Source: Candidatus Latescibacterota bacterium (GTDB lineage Bacteria > Latescibacterota > UBA2968 > UBA8231). Taken from it: a stretch of DNA of 64,000 bases. The stretch covers positions 5,536,001-5,600,000 of the forward strand of contig OZ241867.1 of assembly GCA_965203175.1 (NCBI GenBank), written 5' to 3'. The notes under the pieces were generated by a model. That model worked only from the letters and a program-made list of their open reading frames with translations, ran no database searches and was not told the DNA's origin. The translations under genes and the position numbers were made by a program. Shown in pieces: positions 8,354-18,178 of this stretch. How positions within the stretch are numbered: position 1 is the stretch's first letter; each line of letters starts with the position of its first letter.

Positions 8354-9445
8354 ATGCAACCAACGCCAATCACCCCAAACGTAAAGCAAGTCCCGCTCCT
8401 GACCGCGAGCCAGATAGCCCAGTTCAAGCGCGACGGCTTCCTCGTGCTCCCCTCTGTGCTCGACCCCGAACTCTGCCGCCGTGCCAGAGACGCAATGTGG
8501 GACGCGATTGCAACCCACCTGCCCCGCATGAAGCGGGACGATCCTTCCACTTGGGGACCGCTCACCGAAGAAGAAAGCGCCGAGCTAAACGCGCAGCGGC
8601 CCGAGGTCGGCGGAGACCCCTATTTCGGCGGCGGCGGCCACCGCTTCTACGTCCGCAACGGCGCCGAACAATTCATGCTCGACTTGGCCCCCCGGGCCTT
8701 GTGGCAAGTCGCCGAGCAATTGCTTGGCGGGGGCACGGTGGTGTGGCCCGCTGGAGAGGATGATTCCGGTACGACGACGGGTCCGTGCTTCATGTGCGAC
8801 GACGCCGTGGGAGGGCTGGCCACCCATTTGGGCAAAGAGATCGAGCGATGGCCAGAGAAGGGATCCTTCACCACCGAGGAAGCACTGCGCCTGCCCAAGA
8901 CCGGCCCAGTGTGGCTCAACGGCCAAGGGACGCGCGGCTTGTATTGCACCCTACCCAACAGCCCGTCTCCCGGCCCCGAATACCGCAGCGCCCACTCCGA
9001 CGGCGCCTGCTACGGCCGCTGGCGATTGCAAATGTCGGTTTACACCGACGACCTACCGCCCAACTCCGGCGGCTTCACCGTGTGGCCGGGCAGCCACAGC
9101 CGGATCTGGCACGATCAGTGGGATGCCTTCCTTGAAGGCGAAAAGCACACGGACAAACATTTGGCAGAACGCAAGGCCGGCGGCTACAACGACCCCGTCA
9201 TCCAGCGCATCAAGACCGATACCCAACCCTTTGATTGCCACGGCCCCGCTGGCACGGTGGTTTTGTGGCACACCAAAATTTTGCACATGGCTGGGCAGAA
9301 TCTATCTACCGACGTCATCCGCCAAGCGACCATCTACGGTTTCCTCAAAACACCAGCATCCCTCCCCGACCCACTCGTAGTGGACAACACCAACGGCGAC
9401 ATCTGGCGGGATTGGTCCGACGAAGTCCGCGCCATCAATGGGTAG
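8354..9445 (+). CDS. Phytanoyl-CoA dioxygenase (PhyH) family Fe(II)/2OG oxygenase
   Basis: QFKRDGFLVL N-terminus, HSD metal motif, GGFTVWPGSH, GTVVLWH..ILH. Confidence 0.8.
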   Translation: MQPTPITPNVKQVPLLTASQIAQFKRDGFLVLPSVLDPELCRRARDAMWDAIATHLPRMKRDDPSTWGPLTEEESAELNAQRPEVGGDPYFGGGGHRFYVRNGAEQFMLDLAPRALWQVAEQLLGGGTVVWPAGEDDSGTTTGPCFMCDDAVGGLATHLGKEIERWPEKGSFTTEEALRLPKTGPVWLNGQGTRGLYCTLPNSPSPGPEYRSAHSDGACYGRWRLQMSVYTDDLPPNSGGFTVWPGSHSRIWHDQWDAFLEGEKHTDKHLAERKAGGYNDPVIQRIKTDTQPFDCHGPAGTVVLWHTKILHMAGQNLSTDVIRQATIYGFLKTPASLPDPLVVDNTNGDIWRDWSDEVRAING

Positions 9446-9454
9446 CGACGACCC

Positions 9455-10450
9455 TCAAGAGTCCAGCGGTTCGACGGCGACCGCGACACCTGAACTCGAT
9501 GAGGTGCGGGCAGCGTCGGAGACCGCCTGCACCCAGTAGCCACTCTCCGCATCACAGACCGGTTTTTCACTGCGCTCCGCGGCGGCGACGAAATCCTCAA
9601 TCATCGGCAGATCGAACAGCTTCTCCTGCAGCGGCTCCACCTCAATCCTCTCAGTTCCATCGGGCAGCTCCAGAATTAGGTGACCCGCCGTCAACTCCAG
9701 CGGGTCGATCAGTATCCTGCCGCCATCGCCGTCGATCTGGGCAAAGTCGCGACGCGGTGGCGAGGTCAGGATCGTCGAGTGCATGCCGATCCCGCCACCC
9801 TCGAAGCGCACGATCAGGGCGTCGGTGTCATCGACGGGCCAGTCGTGGTCGACCGCGTCAACCACAGCGCTCACCGACTGCGGTCGGCCGCCGAAGTTCA
9901 ACAGCACTTCGATGCGATGAGACGCCATTTCCATCAGGGCACCGCCGATGTCCGGTTCGATCCGCCAATCCCCCGCTTCCGGATCCCAGCGCCCGCTGTA
10001 ATGGGTGCGCGCAAAAACGACCCGTCCGATGCGGCCCGCAGCGATCAACCGCTTGGCCGCGACCACTTGCGGACAGGTGCGGCGGCGATAGGCGACCGCC
10101 AGAGTCACACCGTGAGCCCGGCACGCAGCGATCATTTCGCGACACTCGGCGGCGTTTCTCGCCATCGGCTTCTCGCACAGTACGTGCTTCCCGTGCTCCG
10201 CCGCCAGGCAGGTGTAGTCGCAATGGGTATCGGTCGGCGTCGACACGATGACAGCCTCCACCCGGTCGTCGCGCACCAGCTCCGCCGCCGAGCCGTACGC
10301 GCGCGGGCCATTGAATCGCGCCGCGAATGCCTTAGCGGCCTCGAGGTCGCGACGGCAGACGGCGACGAGGTCGGTCCGTTCCGAAGCCAGCAGACTCGGC
10401 CCGAACGAATTCTCGGCTATGGAGCCGCAGCCAATGATGCCAAATTTCAC
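9455..10450 (-). CDS. Gfo/Idh/MocA family oxidoreductase
   Basis: GTG 10450 follows GAAAGGA; FGIIGCGSIA Rossmann motif; HVLCEKPMA. Confidence 0.88.
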   Translation of the reverse strand: MKFGIIGCGSIAENSFGPSLLASERTDLVAVCRRDLEAAKAFAARFNGPRAYGSAAELVRDDRVEAVIVSTPTDTHCDYTCLAAEHGKHVLCEKPMARNAAECREMIAACRAHGVTLAVAYRRRTCPQVVAAKRLIAAGRIGRVVFARTHYSGRWDPEAGDWRIEPDIGGALMEMASHRIEVLLNFGGRPQSVSAVVDAVDHDWPVDDTDALIVRFEGGGIGMHSTILTSPPRRDFAQIDGDGGRILIDPLELTAGHLILELPDGTERIEVEPLQEKLFDLPMIEDFVAAAERSEKPVCDAESGYWVQAVSDAARTSSSSGVAVAVEPLDS

Positions 10451-10533
10451 GGTGAAGTCCTTTCCCGGTGAGGAAGCCCATCTTCGAGCCCGTCTCCCCG
10501 TCTCATGGTGCGCAGTCGCTGCACAGCCATGGT

Positions 10534-12033
10534 TCAGCGCTCGACTCCCTCGCCCATCTGCGCCGTGGCAGTCAGCTCTTCCCACTTCGTCTCCCCAAAG
10601 CCGACGTTGTACTCCATGTCGAAGAGCAGCCGGTCTGCGGCGAAGCGGAAAGCCAGCAGGGGGCGGAAGGGCGTCTCGTAGAAGCAGAGCCTCGCGTTGT
10701 AGGTGCCGTCCGCGCTCCATGCGCCACTGGCGGCGACCGGTTGAGAATGGTCGCTGTCGAATGAGGTGCTGCCCTCCACCCAAGCCCCATAGCCGATGCG
10801 GAGCGGGTGCTCGACGCCGGACGCGTCCTCGACGGTCACCAGCGTTTCCTCCTCGCCGAAAGCAAAAGTGACCGCCCGCAGGTTGCGCTCGTTGGGCGCA
10901 AACAGAAACCTCCGCCCCGAATGTTTGTCGGCCAGCGCGGCGGTGGACAACCCTTCTTGCGGCGCAAGGGACAGGCCCCTCAACCGCTCGGCCAGCGGGC
11001 CGTTATCGGCCGGCGGCAGGGCTTCATGCTCCATCGCTGGCAGCAGGTGATCCCAGACCAGATCGAGCACCCGCTGCATGTCGCTCACGCCGGCGGTTAT
11101 GGCCACCACTGCGTCCTGATCGGGCATGACGATGCAGTACTGGCCGAAGGCGCCGTCGCCCCGGTAGGCATTGTGCCGGCAGCGCCAGAACTGGTAGCCG
11201 TAACCCTGGTCCCAGTCGCTGTCGGGGTCGCTGCCATTCGCGGTCTGCAAGGCGGTGGCCTCCGTCACCCACCACTCTGGGAGCAGCCGCCGGCCATCCC
11301 ACATCCCCCGCTGTAGCAGCAACTGGCCGAAGCGGGCGATATCCTCAGTGCGTATTCTCAGTCCCCAGCCGCCGACATTGTAGCCCTCGTCATCGCTCTG
11401 CCAAGTGGCACCCTCGATCCCCAGGGGCGCGAAGAGCCGCGGTGTCAGATAGTCAATCAGGGTCCCGCCCGTCAGCCGCTGAACCATCAAGCCGGCCATG
11501 TAGGTAGCTCCCGTGTTGTAGACGAAGTGGGTTCCGGGCTTGAGACCCACCGGCACGGCGAGAAAAGACTCAGCCCAGGTGTCCCTCTCGGTCGACCAGA
11601 AGGCGTCGGCCTGCTCCTTCAGGTGGCCGGTGTTCATGCGCAGCAGATCCCGCACGCGCATCGACGCAAGGTTTTCGTCCGGCTCGGCAGGGGCTTCCTC
11701 GGGAAAGTGGTCGAGGACCAAGTCGTCGAGGCTCATCAGCCCTTCCTCGACCGCCAGACCCACCGCTGTGGAGGTGAAGCTCTTGCTCAGAGAGTAGAGG
11801 CGATGGGGACTGTCGGGGTTGTAGGGGTACCACCAACCCTCGGCCACCACTTTCCCTCCGCGCAGCAGCATGAAGCTGTGCAGGGCATTGATCGAATCCT
11901 CGGCCGCATCGACGAAGCCGAGAATGGCCCGACTGGAGATGCCCTGAGCCTCGGGGGTACTGCGCTCAAGGGCGGCGACTGGCTGATTGGCGTGAAGCAT
12001 CAGTATAAACAGCAGGAGAAAGGCGCGAAACAT
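10534..12033 (-). CDS. Secreted serine hydrolase (beta-lactamase class C/CubicO family)
   Basis: Signal peptide; SxxK motif YSLSKSFT; FVYNT; YGYQFW; GDGAFGQY. Confidence 0.85.
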   Translation of the reverse strand: MFRAFLLLFILMLHANQPVAALERSTPEAQGISSRAILGFVDAAEDSINALHSFMLLRGGKVVAEGWWYPYNPDSPHRLYSLSKSFTSTAVGLAVEEGLMSLDDLVLDHFPEEAPAEPDENLASMRVRDLLRMNTGHLKEQADAFWSTERDTWAESFLAVPVGLKPGTHFVYNTGATYMAGLMVQRLTGGTLIDYLTPRLFAPLGIEGATWQSDDEGYNVGGWGLRIRTEDIARFGQLLLQRGMWDGRRLLPEWWVTEATALQTANGSDPDSDWDQGYGYQFWRCRHNAYRGDGAFGQYCIVMPDQDAVVAITAGVSDMQRVLDLVWDHLLPAMEHEALPPADNGPLAERLRGLSLAPQEGLSTAALADKHSGRRFLFAPNERNLRAVTFAFGEEETLVTVEDASGVEHPLRIGYGAWVEGSTSFDSDHSQPVAASGAWSADGTYNARLCFYETPFRPLLAFRFAADRLLFDMEYNVGFGETKWEELTATAQMGEGVER

Positions 12034-12086
12034 GAGCAAAATCCGGGAAAGAGTTGGCAGTCTATAGAGAATGGATGGACATCCAA

Positions 12087-12455
12087 CTATTGGTTATGTC
12101 CTTGAAGAACGGTCAGTGCATCCCACGTCGCCGGAAATCCTCCGAAGGCGCTCATCTGCAACACGACCTCCTCAATCTCCGTCCTCGTGGCTCCACAACC
12201 AAGGGCCCGGTCGATGTGAACAGCAAGCTGTTCCGGCCTGCCGAGAACCGTCAAGGCCGCGATCGTGCACAGCAGACGGGTCTTGATATCCAGTCCCGCC
12301 CGTCCGTACAGGTCGTGCATCACGTGCGTCATCACGAGTCGCTCGAACTCGGGATGAAGTGTGCGCATCTTCTCGGCAGAGGCATCTGCAGCGGCTTCTC
12401 CGAGCATCGTCGAGAGCATTCTGCGCCCTGCTTCGTAGCGTTCACTTTCAGTCAT
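12087..12455 (-). CDS. Carboxymuconolactone decarboxylase (CMD/AhpD-like) family protein
   Basis: ATG 12455 follows GGGGAGG; LYGRAGLDIKTRLLCTIAAL...QLAVHI..AL..GAT..EI.E....AFGGFP. Confidence 0.85.
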   Translation of the reverse strand: MTESERYEAGRRMLSTMLGEAAADASAEKMRTLHPEFERLVMTHVMHDLYGRAGLDIKTRLLCTIAALTVLGRPEQLAVHIDRALGCGATRTEIEEVVLQMSAFGGFPATWDALTVLQGHNQ

Positions 12456-12541
12456 ATATCCTCCCCTGATCGGTTGTGCTCTCGCTGGGTCTTTCGGGCA
12501 TATGCTGCGGTAGGTAGCCAGAGAGCGGGCGGAATCTGACC

Positions 12542-13369
12542 TCAGCCGTAGGCACCCTTCTCGTGACGGCCGAGCAAGCGCTGCAGACGCGGCGAGGCTC
12601 CCTCCATCACGTGCGGCGGCATGCGGTAGTCGACAAAAGGGTAGAAGCGCTGGGAGATAAAGCGCTTGCTGTACGTGACGCCGGCCATAAAGCGAGTGCG
12701 ATCCGAGGCATTGGGAGCACCCCGGTGCCAGATCTGGTTGTTGAACATGTACGCGTCGCCAGCCCGGGCGAATAAGGAAATCGGTCCAGTCCCACAAAAT
12801 GTGGGCTTGTCTTGCTCGGCGGGCCTGCGGCCAGCGCGGTGGCTGCCAGGCACGACCTGAGTAGGGCCGTATTCAATGCTCTCTACATCGCTAACCGGAG
12901 TAAAGATCTGCAGCACAAAGCAGGGCATAGTAATGCTCGGATCGTGCTGTTCCACCTCATCGGGCAGGGGAAAGTGGATCAAATCGTCGAGGTGCCAGCC
13001 GCCGGGACCGTCGGGCACTTTGCTGGAATCGGGCTCGGTGTACAGGGCGTTTTGCGACATGAGGTGGCAGTTGTCGCCCAAGATGGCTTCGGCCAAGCTG
13101 GCAAAGGGCTCGCGGACTACCAAGTCGCGGAATGCCTCGCTATATTCGAACATGCGCATGAGGCTGATGCCGCGGATATGATCGCCTGCTTCGTCGTTGA
13201 GGATGCGGGGATCTGCGACTTTGCGCGCCATGGCCCCGCGCAGGGCTTCGACCTCGTCGGCTGCGAGGACGGGCCCTAGGTGACAGTAGCCGTCTCGGTT
13301 GAACTGCTCGATGATGCGCTGGGTTTCTTCCGGCGAGTACGGCTGGCCTGCTGCAATGGGACTAGACAT
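12542..13369 (-). CDS. PhyH family dioxygenase
   Basis: QFNRDGY, WHLD metal motif, GPTQVVPGSH, IWHRG. Confidence 0.85.
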   Translation of the reverse strand: MSSPIAAGQPYSPEETQRIIEQFNRDGYCHLGPVLAADEVEALRGAMARKVADPRILNDEAGDHIRGISLMRMFEYSEAFRDLVVREPFASLAEAILGDNCHLMSQNALYTEPDSSKVPDGPGGWHLDDLIHFPLPDEVEQHDPSITMPCFVLQIFTPVSDVESIEYGPTQVVPGSHRAGRRPAEQDKPTFCGTGPISLFARAGDAYMFNNQIWHRGAPNASDRTRFMAGVTYSKRFISQRFYPFVDYRMPPHVMEGASPRLQRLLGRHEKGAYG

Positions 13370-13485
13370 GGGATTTTAGCTGGGCAAAAGGGTGGACAGG
13401 TCGGCTGCAAAATAGGGCACGGCCTTGCTGACGCCAAATCAACACAAGAACGAATCTTGCGTCAGGTGCTGCAAAGGAGGCTCCT

Positions 13486-14997
13486 ATGAAAAGACGAGTC
13501 GCATGGCTATTAGCCGTCATCTGCCTAACGGGCAATGTCGCCGGAGTCTCGGGGCGAGAAATCGACGTGCACCTATCTAAAATCGACGCAGGGGTGGCTT
13601 GGGTTAGTTCGTACTGGGGCTACAACGCCCCCAAGTTAGTGTACGATGGCGAAAGCTATTACACGGTCGCTCTGTGGGGACCGGAACAGGCCACAGCACA
13701 GGGAGCGCTCTACCAATTGCGCGACGGGCAGTGGCACCGGGGCTACGAGTGGGACGGTTTGAACTACCAGCCGGGCATGGTATTGCTCGACGAGCAACGG
13801 CGACTGCTCCTGATCTACCCAAAGATCAACGCAAAGCCGGTCATTCTGCGGGCCACAGCGCCGGGGCAGATCGACCAGTTTGAGCAACTCGAAGTGCCGG
13901 ACGCTATTGGCAAGGCCGGGTACATGGGTGCTGGCATTTACGACGAGCGCCTAGTCATCGGCTATATCGGCGATCCAGCGACCTATACCTTCAAGACGGC
14001 TATGCTCGATTTGCGCACCGGCACTTGGGACGGCCCCTACGTCCTCGCGCCAGCGCAAAGAACAGAGGTGCCGTGGACGACTTGGCTCTACCCGGTCATT
14101 CAGCCAGATGAGACGGGTTATCACTTGCTAGTGAGCAATCAGCCCGACTCCCGGGCGCTCTACAACCGCATCCTCTACATGCACTTGCCCTATGGCGACC
14201 CCGGTCCGGTCGCGCCCGAGGTCGTAGTCGAGATCGCACCCGAAGGCGATTTTATCGCTTTCGGCGAGGCCATGTGGCGCGACTTAGATGGCTACATTTA
14301 CGTCACCGGACAATACCAATCCCCCGGACAGGCCAATCAACTATTCGTCTTTGTGCGCGACCCGCATACGGGCGCATGGACCCGCCAAGCGCTGAGCAAT
14401 GCGCAGGTGGCTGCGGCCTATCAAAGCCCCGGTGGAAGCCGTGCCGTGTGGGTAGCCAGCACGTACGGATCCGACTTGCGGCTCTATAAATCGGACGATC
14501 GCGGGGGTAGCTGGCAGGAGAAGCCGCTGGTCGATCTGGACAGCTACGGCCTAGTCTCCAGTTTCTTCCTCCACGGCATTTCCCCGGCCAGTGGCAGCCT
14601 GATGCCAAGCTTGCCCACGGCGGTATTCAGCGCCGGGCCTCACCCCAACTACGAGTTGTGGTTCGTCCAGTTCGACATCGCCGAGTTGGCAATGGCTACC
14701 GCAGTGGAGGAAGTAGAGTCACTGGACGCGACCGGTGCGCCGATTCTGGTCGCCAACGCGCCCAATCCCTTCAACAATTCGACCCAGATACGCTTTTGGC
14801 TGCCCGTGGCGGGGCTGGTTGATCTAGCGGTGTACAATCTTCAAGGCCAGCGCGTCGGACAGATAAGCAAGGGCCACCGGGAAGCTGGCTGGCATACCAT
14901 TACCTGGACAGCCGGCGATCTAGCGACCGGGGTGTACTTGTATCGCTTGCAGGCTGGCGGCACTGAAATCGCGCGCAAGTTGGCAGTGATCCGCTAG
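13486..14997 (+). CDS. Secreted BNR-type propeller protein with C-terminal FlgD-Ig/T9SS-type-A-like domain
   Basis: Signal peptide; SDDRGGSW box; C-terminus TAVEE...NAPNPFNNSTQIRF...VYNLQGQRV...GVYLYRL...KLAVIR. Confidence 0.7.
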   Translation: MKRRVAWLLAVICLTGNVAGVSGREIDVHLSKIDAGVAWVSSYWGYNAPKLVYDGESYYTVALWGPEQATAQGALYQLRDGQWHRGYEWDGLNYQPGMVLLDEQRRLLLIYPKINAKPVILRATAPGQIDQFEQLEVPDAIGKAGYMGAGIYDERLVIGYIGDPATYTFKTAMLDLRTGTWDGPYVLAPAQRTEVPWTTWLYPVIQPDETGYHLLVSNQPDSRALYNRILYMHLPYGDPGPVAPEVVVEIAPEGDFIAFGEAMWRDLDGYIYVTGQYQSPGQANQLFVFVRDPHTGAWTRQALSNAQVAAAYQSPGGSRAVWVASTYGSDLRLYKSDDRGGSWQEKPLVDLDSYGLVSSFFLHGISPASGSLMPSLPTAVFSAGPHPNYELWFVQFDIAELAMATAVEEVESLDATGAPILVANAPNPFNNSTQIRFWLPVAGLVDLAVYNLQGQRVGQISKGHREAGWHTITWTAGDLATGVYLYRLQAGGTEIARKLAVIR

Positions 14998-15095
14998 CGC
15001 GACCACACCTTTGCGTGGCAGCGCGAGCAGTGCATCCTGCATTTGCTTCCTTTCTTGGTTGGTCGGCGCGGAAAGATGGCTGCATCCGCTCCACT

Positions 15096-15533
15096 TCAAC
15101 CAACTCGCAGTCGCATACCCCCCTCTACTAACTCCAGGTCGTAGCGATTGAGGGGATTCTGCGCCGGCCCTCGGGTGGGCTCTCCCGCCCGATTAAAGGT
15201 CGATCCATGGCAAGGACATACTAAAAAATGCTCTCTAGGGCGCACTTGACATCCCTGGTGCGGACAAGTGGCCCCCAGAGCTTGCAAGGGCGGTTCCCCA
15301 CCGCGCAACAAGACGATGGCTTCGGGCAAGTCAGGGCCTTGCAGGAGCCCGGCGTTGCCCTTTTTAAATAATTTGTTTAACTCGTTATCCGACAAAAAAA
15401 CAGCCCCGTCTTTTACCACTGCATAGTGCATGGGCACAGTAGCGCATCCGAGCAGGGAGTGGCCGGCTAGGCAAACTCCGCCCAAGCGGGCTAAGAAACT
15501 GCGCCGCGGCATTTTTTCGGCCCCGTTCTCCAC
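15096..15533 (-). CDS. Tat-exported Rieske [2Fe-2S] protein
   Basis: RRSFL Tat motif; Rieske motifs CPHQGC and CPCHGSTF. Confidence 0.9.
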   Translation of the reverse strand: MENGAEKMPRRSFLARLGGVCLAGHSLLGCATVPMHYAVVKDGAVFLSDNELNKLFKKGNAGLLQGPDLPEAIVLLRGGEPPLQALGATCPHQGCQVRPREHFLVCPCHGSTFNRAGEPTRGPAQNPLNRYDLELVEGGMRLRVG

Positions 15534-15541
15534 AACACCTC

Positions 15542-16690
15542 CTAGAAATAAGTAGCCGCACTGAAGAGGAAGGCGGCCCCGCGAATCAGGTTATCAAAGG
15601 CGTCGCGCTGCCAATTGCGCTGGTAGTCTACCTTGAACACGGCCTCCTCCTCGGGGCGGAAATTGAGCCCCAGACTGAGGCGGCGGTGGCTGTCGCCGTC
15701 GATATCCGCATCGAAATCCACCAAGCCATAGCGCACTATGCCAGTAAAATGGGAACGGGACAATTGAGCAATCCACCCACGGCCAAAGTGGGCGTTTAAT
15801 TGGGCGTAGTACCCGCGTTGACTCGACTGAAAAATGGCGCTTTGCTCGGGCACGTCAATGGCGGCCCAAGCGCATTCCCCCAACCATTCAAAGGGGCCTT
15901 GGAGGACTTCCCAATCGAGGGCGAAAATGCTCAGATTGCGCTTGTCGGCAATGGCCAAACCATCGGCTTCCCAGCTATTATAGGGGCCCGTGTGCAGAGA
16001 GACCCCCACTTCGACAGCGGGCCGCGGACTCAGACCCAAGCGCCCCACCCAGGAAGGGCGGTTGTTGTTGTCTGTAAAGTTGCCCCGTCCCGCGGCAATG
16101 CGGGTGCCCTCGGGCCGACCCCCTACTACTCGATCGTCAAATCCGTTTACTGCGTACAGCTCGTAAGTCATCCGGGCTTGGGGAGTGGGATGGACAGCGC
16201 CGTAAAATCCCATGCCCCCCTCTGACAGAGCCGTGGGGATGATCTGGGTGCTGACTAGGGGTCGGTCGGTGAAATCGTTGGTCGGGCTGTCGTGGGACAA
16301 ATTGAAACGCCCCAAGGGGGACAGGATAATGCCGCCCCTAAAGGTGAGGGATGGGTGGATTTCAAAGTCGATAAGGGCGAGTTCTATTTTGATCTCCTCG
16401 CCCCCCTCCTCAAATTCCAGTTCCGAGGCCACGCGGAGGCGGTCGGATACCGGCGTATAGGTAAAGATATTGAAGCGCTTGGGCTCAAAAGTCAGTTCCT
16501 CGGTAATTCCCTCTTCGCGCTCGTAGCGGAAGTGGACCTCAGTATAGCCGCCAAAGTACGTGCGGCCCCCAATCCCCTTGATAAAGGGCTTGTCGCCAAT
16601 GCCACCCCGCACCAAGGGCGTTTCGCCCTCTTGGGCTGCCGCAATCCCCACGAGCGGGCATAGCAGGCTCATCAGCATTCTCAATATCAT
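15542..16690 (-). CDS. Outer-membrane beta-barrel porin (OprO/P-like)
   Basis: Signal peptide; amphipathic strands; SELEFEEG and LGRFNLSHD motifs; C-terminal aromatic AATYF. Confidence 0.7.
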   Translation of the reverse strand: MILRMLMSLLCPLVGIAAAQEGETPLVRGGIGDKPFIKGIGGRTYFGGYTEVHFRYEREEGITEELTFEPKRFNIFTYTPVSDRLRVASELEFEEGGEEIKIELALIDFEIHPSLTFRGGIILSPLGRFNLSHDSPTNDFTDRPLVSTQIIPTALSEGGMGFYGAVHPTPQARMTYELYAVNGFDDRVVGGRPEGTRIAAGRGNFTDNNNRPSWVGRLGLSPRPAVEVGVSLHTGPYNSWEADGLAIADKRNLSIFALDWEVLQGPFEWLGECAWAAIDVPEQSAIFQSSQRGYYAQLNAHFGRGWIAQLSRSHFTGIVRYGLVDFDADIDGDSHRRLSLGLNFRPEEEAVFKVDYQRNWQRDAFDNLIRGAAFLFSAATYF

Positions 16691-16712
16691 GGCTTACTTC
16701 TTTTTTTACTTT

Positions 16713-17921
16713 TCAAAGCGATTCCAAAAAGGCGACCAAGGCCTCCTGATCCGCCTGATCCAAGGCCATGTACGCGTCCCGGCTGGCCGCGGATTCGCCC
16801 CCGTGGCGCACAATGGCATCGTGCAAGGTGGTCGATTGGCCGTCGTGCATATAAAAGGCTTGCCCCCCCAGGAAATCGGGCACTAGACGCAGGCCCCACA
16901 AAGGCGCAGTGCGCCACTCTCGCCCCGTGGCGTCGCCGTCGGGGCGATTATCGGCCAATCCCTCCCCCATGTCGTGGAGCAACAGATCAGAGTACAGGTG
17001 GGCGTCCACATAGCTCAAGGCAGCCACCGAACTGGCCCCCGTGCGCATGGTAGGCGCGTGGCAGGTATGGCACTGAGCTTGGTGGAACAGGGCCTCGCCG
17101 CGCTCGACTTGGGGCGTGATAGGACCCCGTTTGGGCGGAGCCAGCAACCGCACGTACATCACCGTAGTCAGCACAGTGGCAGCCGAAATCTCTGGATCGG
17201 GCACTTGGTCGCCCTGCGCTACTCCGCCGGCCTGGGCATGGCTGTTCTCCTCGGGCAGAAAGTCACTGGTGATGCCTATATCCTCGTGATAGGCCTCCAC
17301 CACCTGCTGCAGTAGAGACGAGACCTGGGCCTTGCGCGAAAAGCGCCCGAGCTGGATCCCGTCCCCTCCGCCCACGTGGGCTGCGGAGACGTAGTCGGGC
17401 GAACTGACCCAGTGGGCCCGGCCCGATATGCCGTCGCCATCCGCATCGTCGGGATCTCCGCGCGCCAGGATGGTCTCCACTGGAATGGCCTCGATCAAAC
17501 CCACGCCAAATACCGGCGGCGGAATGCGGAAGGAGCGATCCACCTCGGGGGGCAGCATTTCGGGGGGCGCGCCGGGGATGGATTTGTCCTGGTGCTGGGC
17601 CCCGCCTTTGTCCAGGGCCAAATCTTCTCCTTCGCTAAAGCGGAAAAATCCCACTGCGGGGGTGCCTCGCCCATCGCCGGGATGGCAGCCTTCACAGCTA
17701 ACATTGTTGAAGATGGGCCCCAAGCCCTCATCAATGGTAAAGGCCTTGGCAAAATTCTCGTCTCCTGCGACGAAAACCGCGTTGAGGTCTGCGGACAGGC
17801 CCTCAAAGGGAGATTCGAAATCGTCGCCTGGGGGAGGGGGTTCGGTCATGAGCTGGCCACAGGCCCCACCGATCCAAGTCATAGCGCACAGGCCGACGGC
17901 AAAAATCGGACGCTTCACCAA
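16713..17921 (-). CDS. Di-heme oxidoreductase (DHOR) family c-type cytochrome
   Basis: Two CxxCH motifs (CEGCH, CHTCH); GLGPIFN, PPVFGVGLIEAI, YSDLLLHDMG, WRTAPLWG, MHDG. Confidence 0.9.
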   Translation of the reverse strand: MVKRPIFAVGLCAMTWIGGACGQLMTEPPPPGDDFESPFEGLSADLNAVFVAGDENFAKAFTIDEGLGPIFNNVSCEGCHPGDGRGTPAVGFFRFSEGEDLALDKGGAQHQDKSIPGAPPEMLPPEVDRSFRIPPPVFGVGLIEAIPVETILARGDPDDADGDGISGRAHWVSSPDYVSAAHVGGGDGIQLGRFSRKAQVSSLLQQVVEAYHEDIGITSDFLPEENSHAQAGGVAQGDQVPDPEISAATVLTTVMYVRLLAPPKRGPITPQVERGEALFHQAQCHTCHAPTMRTGASSVAALSYVDAHLYSDLLLHDMGEGLADNRPDGDATGREWRTAPLWGLRLVPDFLGGQAFYMHDGQSTTLHDAIVRHGGESAASRDAYMALDQADQEALVAFLESL

Positions 17922-17974
17922 TTGCCTCCTTTAGGCAGAGAATAAAATATAGTTATGTAATATACAACTTAAAG

Positions 17975-17990
17975 TTTAGTCATGGCTAAA
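17975..17990. promoter_or_regulatory. DtxR/IdeR/MntR-like operator
   Basis: Near-perfect palindrome TTTAGTCATGGCTAAA in an AT-rich region about 55 nt upstream of the DHOR start; fits the TTTAG-N6-CTAAA pattern of DtxR-family boxes. Confidence 0.6.
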
Positions 17991-18178
17991 AATAAAAAAT
18001 GATCGAGCAAAAGACAAGGCCATCCATCCTTCGGGAACGACCTCGGCGGCTTTGAGTGCGACCGACCTTTTGCAATGGGCTTTGCTAACGCCAAATCAAC
18101 CTAGAAAACGGACTATTGCGCCGCCTATTCACCCGCCGTACCTTGCCCCCATGATGCAGAGAGTTGAGCGATAAGTTC

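Noticed and set aside
13413-13428. Sigma54-like motif AGGGCACGGCCTTGCT
   Set aside because: With the GGCAC register the GG-GC spacing is 9 nt rather than the required 10.
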